Positions 51,443 to 64,000 of a DNA stretch of 64,000 bases are shown here, in pieces. Source of the DNA: Eledone cirrhosa (Eukaryota); NCBI GenBank assembly GCA_964016885.1, contig OZ024752.1, positions 24,242,001 through 24,306,000 of the forward strand, in the 5' to 3' direction. The notes under the pieces were generated by a model that saw nothing but the letters and a program-made list of their open reading frames with translations, was not told the DNA's origin and ran no database searches. Every line of letters starts with the position of its first letter. The first letter of the stretch is position 1. The translations under genes and the position numbers were made by a program.

Positions 51443-51490
51443 AAAATGACCGGTTTCGATGGGTCTGCAAAAGCCATCTTTTCAAATGTT
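51443..51490 (-). ncRNA. pLTR hammerhead motif, U3-A8 variant
   Basis: UUGAAAA-GAUGG cuuuugcagac CCAUC-GAAA-CCGG-UC, with a weak stem I (AACAU/AUUUU). Confidence 0.7.
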
Positions 51491-51836
51491 GATTAATATT
51501 AAGAAAAATTAATAATACGAAGAGTTAAAATTTGAGATTTGAAAATTCAAGTATAAAATTCATTGTGGGATTTCATAGTAGTTTTCATCTAGGTAGCAAC
51601 AACAGGTTGACTGCTGTGTCCCTTTCTGGTAGTGAATGAGAAGTTATTTGGGGTGTGGGTTATTTTATAAAGGTCAGATTTAGCAATGGCCAACTGGCCA
51701 GCTGCTGGTCAGTGAAGGGGTGGAAGCAATATACATACACATATCTTCCTGTGGTGGGTAGGAGAGTGGAGCGTGATAGAAAGGGATTTAGTGCACTTAC
51801 ACCTATATATACACACATACCTTCATCCACACATAC

Positions 51837-51869
<33 letters not shown>

Positions 51870-52068
51870 TATATATATATATATATACATATACACACAT
51901 ACATACACACACACATACATATACATACACACATACACACACACATATATACACATACACACACACATATATATATATATATACACACACACACATACAT
52001 ATACATACACATACATCCAGATACACACATACATACACACACACACACACACATATATATACACACAC

Positions 52069-52100
<32 letters not shown>

Positions 52101-52686
52101 CCACACATACATACACACACACACACATATATATACATACACACATACAAACATACACACACACACACACACACATATATATACACATACACACACATAT
52201 ATACACACACACACACACGCATATATATATATATATATACACATACATCCAGATACACACATACATACACACACACACACGCACACACAATACATACATC
52301 CACATGCACACACATACACACATACACATATACACATACATACACCCACACACACAGAGAAATGGCCTCCAAATATATATATATATACATACAGACACAT
52401 ATATTTTTTCCATAATATAAGAAGTTGGGACAGTGAAATTAAAATACAAGTCATTCTGATCACGTTGAGTTCTTCATGTAGATTGGGCCCCGCAACCGAC
52501 AGTGGTGAATTCTGTGTGCGCATATATATATAGATATATGTGTGTGCACGTGCAGGGTTTAACATGGATGTGTTGGTCACACAAAGGCATGGTCTGTCAA
52601 CGAATAAACCTGATTCTACAGAATTGGTCTCTGGTCTTTAATAGTAGTGATTCCGTGCGTATGTGTGTTTATATTTTATGACAATT

Positions 52687-54040
52687 CTATTGGGGTGATA
52701 ACCCGTTTAGTTTTGGTTTAAATTTGTTAAGGAATAGATTTTCTTTGTTTATTCTTTGTTGCTGTGTGAACGAATCTGAGCACTTGTAGAAGGGGAAGAT
52801 TTTAAAGTTGGGTAGTGTCATTCCTGCGCAGTTCGCAATATGGCTGCTCAAGGGGATTTTTCTTGTGTTAGCGTCCCGGATTTGTTGGCGGTGGATGGTC
52901 ATTCTTTTGCGTAATGAGGTGCCCGTCTGTCCTATGTAGTTGTGTTTGCACCCACCGCAAGTTATTGCGTAAATCAAGTTCTCCGAGTTGCAGGTGAAAT
53001 TGTTTTTTACTGTAAATGTTTGGCCATCTTTGAATGTAAATGTTTGTCCTTCAGTGAGGTAGAGGCAAGTTCCACAGTTTGTTCTACCACATTTGGTAAC
53101 TGTAGGGTTGAGGATTGGTTTGGGTATATTTGGTCCAGTGAGAATGCGTTTAAGTGATTTGGGTTGTCTTTTACTTTTAAGGATCTTGTGTGTTTCAAGA
53201 ATAGACTTCATTTTTACATCTTTAAGTAGGATGGGGAGGTTTTTGTGTAGGTGATCAAACATTTCGGTATTTCTTGGGTTGAAAGTGGATACATATGGCA
53301 GGGTGTTGAGTGTGGTTTTCTGTTTTGGATTGTTAAGTTGATGGGGATTTAGGTGTTTTGCCCTGTCTATTCCATTGTTGATTATTTCAAGTGGAAAGGC
53401 TCTTAAGATAAGGGTGTCTTTTAGTTCCTTTAGTCTTTGCTCCCGTTTAGGTGGATCTGATACTATGGTACATATACGTTTGGCCAAATTGTAAGGAATG
53501 TTAAGTTTTGTATGTTTTGGGTGACTTGATGTGAAAAAGAGGTATTGCTTGGAATCTGTGGGTTTATAGAATATATCTGTATCTAATTTCCCGTCTATTA
53601 CAGAGATGAGAATATCCAAGAAGGCTAATTCCTTAGGATTGGATTCCATTGTGAATTGTATGTTATTATCTATGTTGTTTATCATGTTTTTAAACGTAGT
53701 AAGTGAGTTCATGTCTTCTTGCCATAGGATAAAGCAGTCATCTAGATATCTTTTCCAATTGGCTTTGAGGTGTGTGTGGAAAGAGTCTCCAAATAAGAGA
53801 AGGGACTGACTGTATATTTGTTGTTCATGGAATCCCATGACTAGGTTGGCATATGTGGGTGCTACATTCGTGCCCATTGCCGTACCTGATACTTGTCTGT
53901 ATGTTGAACCATTGAATGTGAAGTAGTTATTTTGTAGGATAAAGCGGAGTCCGTCAGTGATAAAATCTGTGTTGATGCGTGTCGGTATTTCTGATGGGTG
54001 TGTGTTAAGCCAGTATTGGACTGCTGTTATTCCATAGTTG
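52687..54040 (-). CDS. PLE reverse transcriptase (C-terminal half) + GIY-YIG endonuclease, 5'-truncated, uninterrupted
   Basis: GTAMGTNVAPTYANL, WKRYLDDCF, AFLDI, YKPT, the linker knuckle CGRTNCGTC, and NLIYAITCGGCKHNYIGQTG..RMTIH. The N-terminal ~110 aa of the listed ORF is microsatellite read-through. Confidence 0.93.
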
Positions 54041-54278
54041 TGATGTGTATATGTGTGTGTGTATGTATGTGTGTGCATGTGGATGTATGCATTGTGTGTG
54101 CGTGTGTGTGTGTGTATGTATGTGTGTATCTGGATGTATGTGTATGTATATGCATGTGTGTGTGTGTATATATATATATATGTGTGTGTATGTGTATATA
54201 TATGTGTGTGTGTGTATGTGTGTATGTATATGTATGTGTGTGTGTATGTATGTGTGTGTATGTATATATATATATATA

Positions 54279-54311
<33 letters not shown>

Positions 54312-54656
54312 GTATGTGTGGATGAAGGTATGTGTGTATATATAGGTGTAAGTGCACTAAATCCCTTTCTATCACGCTCCACTCTCCTACCCACCACAGG
54401 AAGATATGTGTATGTATATTGCTTCCACCCCCTCACTGACCAGCAGCTGGCCAGTTGGCCATTGCTAAATCTGACCTTTATAAAATAACCCACACCCCAA
54501 ATAACTTCTCATTCACTACCAGAAAGGGACACAGCAGTCAACCTGTTGTTGCTACCTAGATGAAAACTACTATGAAATCCCACAATGAATTTTATACTTG
54601 AATTTTCAAATCTCAAATTTTATCTCTTCGTATTATTAATTTTTCTTAATATTAAT

Positions 54657-54705
54657 CAACACTTGAAAAGATGGCTTTTGCAGACCCATCGAAACCGGTC
54701 ATTTT
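54657..54705 (+). ncRNA. pLTR hammerhead motif, U3-A8 variant (inverted copy)
   Basis: Same core as 51443-51490. Confidence 0.68.
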
Positions 54706-54843
54706 TTATACCCTTTATTATTTCCTTACCTTATAAAATTATATGTTTTTTCACAAAAAAGTATTCTGTCTCTTATATAATCCATGTGCCATTACCAACC
54801 TCAATTTTCTCTATAACCTTCGTTTTGTATAGAAAGTTACACT

Positions 54844-56031
<1,188 letters not shown>

Positions 56032-56295
56032 GTTGAGCAGTTGAAGTATAAGGACGTGTTTTTACTTCTCTCCCGAGTAAGCAGCAAGTCACACAGCCAC
56101 AAAACAAAACCACAAAATAAAACAAAACCAAACAAACAAAAATTGACCGGTTAATACATTTACATACATCTATATTATTATATATTTGAAACCTCGTGTT
56201 TTCCAACTTATGAGTACATTTTCCTTTAACTACAAATTATTATTATATACTTTCGTCTTTTCATTAATTTAATTAATTTCAAATAAACAGAATAT

Positions 56296-56367
<72 letters not shown>

Positions 56368-56491
56368 TCATATTTATGTATATATTCTTCTCACTCACAC
56401 ACAAGAAAAACAAAAAACAAAAACAAAAATAAATAAAAAAAATATATATATATTGAAATACTTAACTAAAACACACACACTCAAAACTAGA

Positions 56492-57649
56492 ATGGCTAAC
56501 CAGCAAAAATCCAAACAGAACTGGTCTGATAATGAAATCGACATTCTAATAAACACATGGCATTGCCTTACCCAAACAGAAGACATAGATGCTTCATGTC
56601 TGAACGACATTGCTAAACGTACAGTTCAACTTTTGAAAACTCGATCTGAACAACAGATTCAAAATAAATTAAGGCAAATCGAAATTGCTTTTAAATTAAT
56701 CAATAAACATTTGGATAAACTACGGTGTGTTTTTTCTTCGAATGCTGTCCAGCAGCAACAACAACAACAGCAGCTACAACGGCAACAACAACAACAGCTA
56801 CAACAGCAACAACAACATCAACAACAGCAACAACAACAACGACAACAACAACAGTGTGAACCACTCCTTGATTCATCAACAATGGCCGATCTACTAAATG
56901 AAACTATTGACCTCCCAGTAGCCTCTGTCTCACAGCAGGAAACGCCACATCCTTTCTCTGGCCCAGCAGTCCAATCATCACCACTGCCAACATCTTCTCT
57001 GCCTACTACTACTACTACTACTACAACATCTTTGGCTACTGCTATTTCAAGGAATTTACCTTCTAATACCAGAACAAGAACTCTCCCTCCCACAGTCCAC
57101 AAAGGTCGTCAAATCCTACTCAAACCATCATCTACACCTCTCACAACACACACACCCACATACCCACCCACTCGAAACCCCATCATTTGCCGCTACTCTC
57201 TACGCTATAGAATATGTACGGATAGTGGCTGCAAATTCACCCATTTACCTAGGACAAAACGATCTACCCCCACAAACAGCCACCACCATAATACATACTC
57301 TAATTTAACACCAACACAACCACCAATAACTCAAACAAGGAATCCACAAATCTGCCGCTTTTCCCTGCGAGACAGATTGTGTTTAGACCGGGATTGTCCC
57401 TTTACCCATCTCCCGGGGACCCGTCGGACAAATGAAAATAAAATTAAAAATAAAAGCAAAAACAAAAACCATAACCTACATAAAAATAACCACTACCACA
57501 GTCACCAACAGTCTTCTAAACAGGAAACTTCTTCCTCTTTTTTAGCCATAATGAATCTGGCAAAAGAACTGGAAAAAAACATTCGAGCTATCACCCAGCA
57601 CCACCCTCCACTATCACCCCACTGCACAAACTCCCATTGCTGCCATTAA
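56492..57649 (+). CDS. LINE ORF1: Myb/SANT-like N-terminus, polyQ, two CCCH-type zinc fingers
   Basis: ATG at 56492. WSDNEIDILINTW...KTRSEQQIQNKLRQI, a Q-rich tract, then CRYSLRYRICTDSGCKFTH and CRFSLRDRLCLDRDCPFTH. Confidence 0.78.
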   Translation: MANQQKSKQNWSDNEIDILINTWHCLTQTEDIDASCLNDIAKRTVQLLKTRSEQQIQNKLRQIEIAFKLINKHLDKLRCVFSSNAVQQQQQQQQLQRQQQQQLQQQQQHQQQQQQQRQQQQCEPLLDSSTMADLLNETIDLPVASVSQQETPHPFSGPAVQSSPLPTSSLPTTTTTTTTSLATAISRNLPSNTRTRTLPPTVHKGRQILLKPSSTPLTTHTPTYPPTRNPIICRYSLRYRICTDSGCKFTHLPRTKRSTPTNSHHHNTYSNLTPTQPPITQTRNPQICRFSLRDRLCLDRDCPFTHLPGTRRTNENKIKNKSKNKNHNLHKNNHYHSHQQSSKQETSSSFLAIMNLAKELEKNIRAITQHHPPLSPHCTNSHCCH

Positions 57650-60600
57650 CAAACAAACAAATTAACAACACACCAAAACAATTAAAACCATCTACTCTCG
57701 CCTCTACATTTTTGCTTAACGCCCAAGGCATCAGCCCTTCCACCAATACTCAAAAATGGAAGATCAAATTCCTGGAGGACTGGATTGATGTCCATCCAAA
57801 CCACATCCCTTTCTTCGTCCTCACTGAAACCCATCTCAGTAACCTCCACTTGGAAGCCGAGGTGAAAGTGAAAAATTTCAAAGCCATCCGTGCTGATCAC
57901 GCTGGCAGAAGAAAGGGCGGGACTGCCATTTATGTCCATAATTCTTTCTCAACAGAGGCTATGAACATATTCACTAATGGATACTGTGACGCAGTCACTG
58001 TATTCAGTCAAACCAACAACCTAATAGTAGTTGGGCTCTATAGGCCACCCCAAACGCCTGTACCATGCTTCAAGGAATGCCTCAACAGCATAAAGTGTTT
58101 CATCCAAGAGTGTCACCCTGACAACATCTTAATGATGGGGGACTTCAACCTCCCCGGAGTTGACTGGTCCACAAACAGCCTGCCACCAGGTTCTTCTGCC
58201 TCAACCTCTGACAGGGAAGCAGTGGAATCGCTTCTTGACTTCATGGATGATTTCTTCCTATCCCAACTGGTGCTCGAACCAACGAGGTGCCACAAAAACG
58301 TCCTAGACTTAATTTTCAGCAATCACACTGACAATATCCACAATATTGCAGTGGAGAAAACTCTACTCTCTGATCATGACATGGTTCTCTGTGATCTGAG
58401 ATTCCACCGTCCAATATACAAACCCAATGTCATCTCTCCTGTCCATCCGTTTGACGCTATGGATTTCCACAATGCAAACTGGGAAGCGATCAGTCATGAT
58501 CTTGCACATGTCGACTGGTCCTTCACGCACACTCATACACCCACTAACATCAAAAAGTCCTGGCAGACATTTGTGGACACTGTTACAAACATATGTGCAA
58601 CACACACCCCATTAAGAACTATAAACAAATCTAAGAGCAGAATCCCTAGAAATAGAAAAAACGCTCATCAGAAAAATTAAGAGAACGAACAAAAAAATCA
58701 ACAAGCTGAAATACTGTCAGCAGCAACACATCAACTTGACTGACATTTCATCACTAGAGATTAAAAAACATAACCTCCAAAACAACATAATGTCCCTCAT
58801 CAACAATCAGAGAAGAGCTGAAGAGGCCTGGGCCGTTGAGAAGATCAAACTCAATCCCAAAGTGTTCTTTTCATTTGCAAAAAAACACAAAATCACTGGC
58901 TCTACTGTTGGCCCTCTAATTGATGAAAATGGCACTCTTCAAGACAATGCTAAAACCATGGGTGAGATACTGCAGAAACAATACTGCTCTGTTTTCAGCA
59001 ATCCTGATATGGCCGATCTGGGCTGTATCGGCGATGTTACTCCCCATTACACCTTATCGGACATAACGTTTGGCACCCCTGATGTCTTAGCGGCAATAAA
59101 GGAAATCAAGCATAATTCAGCAGTAGGTCCCGATAGGTTCCCTGCTTGTGTCTTGAAGGCGTGTCAACACCAACTTGCATCTCCTCTTGCCAATCTGTGG
59201 CGGAACTCACTGGATGCTGGATATGTGCCAGAAAACCTTCTATCCCAGTCTGTTGTCCCAGTTTTCAAAAAGGGAAACAAATCCCTTGCCGTGAATTACC
59301 GTCCAATCTCACTCACCTCTCATATCATTAAGGTATTTGAGAGAGTGGTGAGATCGCGAATGACCCACTTCCTTGAGAGTAACAATATGCTGAACTCCAA
59401 CCAGCATGGATTCCGTAATGGAAGGGATTGCCTGACGCAGTTACTGCATCACTTTGATGACATTTTGAGAGCCTTGGGAGAGGGTTCCAACACTGATGTT
59501 ATCTACCTTGATTTCAGCAAGGCCTTTGACAGGGTTGATCATAACATTCTACTGAGAAAGCTGTCCAATATTGGTGTCACTGGAAAGCTGCTGCAGTGGA
59601 TCAAGAGCTTCCTGTCAAATAGAACCCAACATGTTGTAGTTGAAGGAGTCAAATCCAGCCCAGCCAAAGTCAGTAGTGGGGTCCCACAAGGCACTGTGTT
59701 GGGCCCACTTCTCTTCATCATCTATATTAATGACATCACTGACATCATCAAACACAGCAACATTAAAATTTTCGCTGATGATTCCAAGCTCCAAAAGGTC
59801 ATCAATGGCGTGGATGACCAGATAAGCCTTCAGTCAGACCTACTGGCTGTTACCCAATGGGCGGAAAAGAACAACATGTTACTGAACGAAGACAAATTCG
59901 AACTGATCCACTTTGGAAAAGAGGATGCTCTGAAACTCCCGTACTCCCTTCCCTCCGGGGAAACTCTCGTGGCATCTAACAACATCAGAGACTTGGGAGT
60001 AACCGTGGACAGCAACATATGCTGGGCCACGCATATAAGCAGCAAAGTTGACATGGCCCGCAGAATGTGTTCCTGGATCCTCAGAACCTTCCAGTCGAGA
60101 GATTCCCACACCATTATCCTTCTCTTCTCTACTTTTGCCCGACCACACCTTGAATACTGTTGTCCACTGTGGTCTCCCCACACGAAACAAAGTATCATGA
60201 AACTTGAAGCTCCTCAAAGGGCAATCACGAAAAAGATAGATGGCATGTCAGACCTTGACTACTGGGGTCGACTAGAAAACCTGAAACTTTACTCACTCCA
60301 ACGTCGCCGTGAGCGTTATATTATCTGCATGATGTGGAAAATGTTCCATCATCACTGCCCAAATGATGTTGGCATCGCCTTCAAGATACACCCAAGGCTT
60401 GGGCCCCGTGCTATCCGTCCCATTCAAAAATCTAAATCGCAACTCATAACAACAATACGGCACAATTATTTCACCTCAATCGGCCCTGCTCTCTTCAACA
60501 TCACACCAGGACACGTCAAAACAGAAACTGACCACACAAAATTCAAGAAGTCTTTGGACAAATTCCTCCAAGTAATCCCGGACAAACCACCCACACCCGG

Positions 60601-60658
60601 ATATGTCTCCGCAAACAGTAATTCTCTTCTCGAATGGGCCATGGTGCCCAAATCCTGA
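57637..60658 (+). pseudogene. LINE ORF2 (APE + RT), one frameshift near 58660
   Basis: APE (LLNAQGI, LTETHL, YRPP, GDFNLP, LDLIF, SDHD) and RT (YLDFSKAFDRV, GVPQGTVLGP, FADD). The shift falls in an A-run. Confidence 0.88.
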
Positions 60659-60797
60659 ATTGAAAGACATCGCCAGGTGGTGCTATTAAGTTAGACATGG
60701 CCTGGGCCAATACTGGCCAAAACATTTCAAAGTTATTCAAAGTTATATATATATATATACATATATATATACATACATATATATACATATATATATA

Positions 60798-60921
<124 letters not shown>

Positions 60922-60922
60922 T

Positions 60923-61012
<90 letters not shown>

Positions 61013-61280
61013 GGAAAAAATGAAACGAAATTTCATTTCCCACTCTTAATACGGCTGTGACTTAAATATAAGTATGTACACGTACATACATATATGTATA
61101 CAGACGTACAGTAGTATGTATATATATATATATATACATATATGCATACATATATATATGTACATATGGATTCACCGAACATTTGTTATAATGCTCGGTG
61201 TGTTTGTAAACAAACATCCCGTATTAAGCCGTAGTGTCCAGCAACCATCGTTGCTCGTTTGTTCAACACTGACAAAGGAA

Positions 61281-61321
61281 CGCTGTACTAGTTTCAAGCT
61301 TATTAGCTATCGTCAGCAACG
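61281..61321 (-). ncRNA. Minimal type-I hammerhead ribozyme motif, canonical core
   Basis: CGUUG-CUGACGA-U AGCU aaua AGCU U-GAAA-CUAG-UA/CAGCG, inside a non-coding island (~61010-61445) bounded by (TA)n. Confidence 0.8.
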
Positions 61322-61451
61322 TATACCTTCCTGCCTGATTGTTGAACGGCTTATATATGTTCTACGGTTCTTATATATTTGAAATATATTTATCCTTATC
61401 GAGCCCTCTTTGGATTTTAGTCTTAAAATGTATTATTATTACTATATATAA

Positions 61452-63825
<2,374 letters not shown>

Positions 63826-63874
63826 ATATATATATATATTTATGTATATATGTATATATGTATATATATATATT

Positions 63875-63984
<110 letters not shown>

Positions 63985-64000
63985 CATGTGTCCCATGGTC

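Larger units (their letters stand above)
56032..60745 (+). mobile_element. CR1-group LINE, apparently full length (5' UTR, ORF1, ORF2, tail)
   Basis: 5' region with a GGACGTGTTT motif, ORF1, an overlapping ORF2 and a (TTCAAAGTTA)2 tail running into (TA)n. The 5' boundary is uncertain. Confidence 0.9.

Overview
Eukaryotic, AT-rich and microsatellite-saturated DNA. It is most likely from a coleoid cephalopod such as Octopus; this is inferred from the style of the C2H2 array, the SINEs and the (TA)n load, not from a database match. The only host gene is a minus-strand tandem C2H2 zinc-finger CDS (ATG at 1278) that runs off the left edge. The rest is a pile-up of transposable elements, most of them sitting in (TA)n tracts: six copies of one RTE-clade LINE family (with a PHD-like finger inside the RT region), two CR1-group LINEs, a Dong/R4-type RLE LINE, a complete but decayed autonomous Helitron, a non-autonomous Helitron, a Gypsy-like LTR, a 5'-truncated Neptune-like Penelope element with an inverted pseudo-LTR, and a 9.5-kb (CCA)n/GCTAAACTA minisatellite. 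The main hidden signal is in the short non-coding islands between (TA)n tracts. Most of these islands, many of them palindromic, carry a type-I hammerhead-ribozyme fold: about 16 full or near-full motifs plus fragments, from roughly 10 unrelated-looking families. They include compensatory U3-A8 cores, a shared C-A/GUU subtype with a greatly enlarged stem II, covarying stems, and fold-back junctions that land on the ribozyme itself. Together this looks like a (TA)n-targeting ecosystem of Penelope-dependent, retrozyme-like RNAs. All ribozyme calls are manual motif and pairing reads and have not been tested for activity. Most ORFs in the supplied track ([14 protein letters not shown] and similar) are repeat artefacts.
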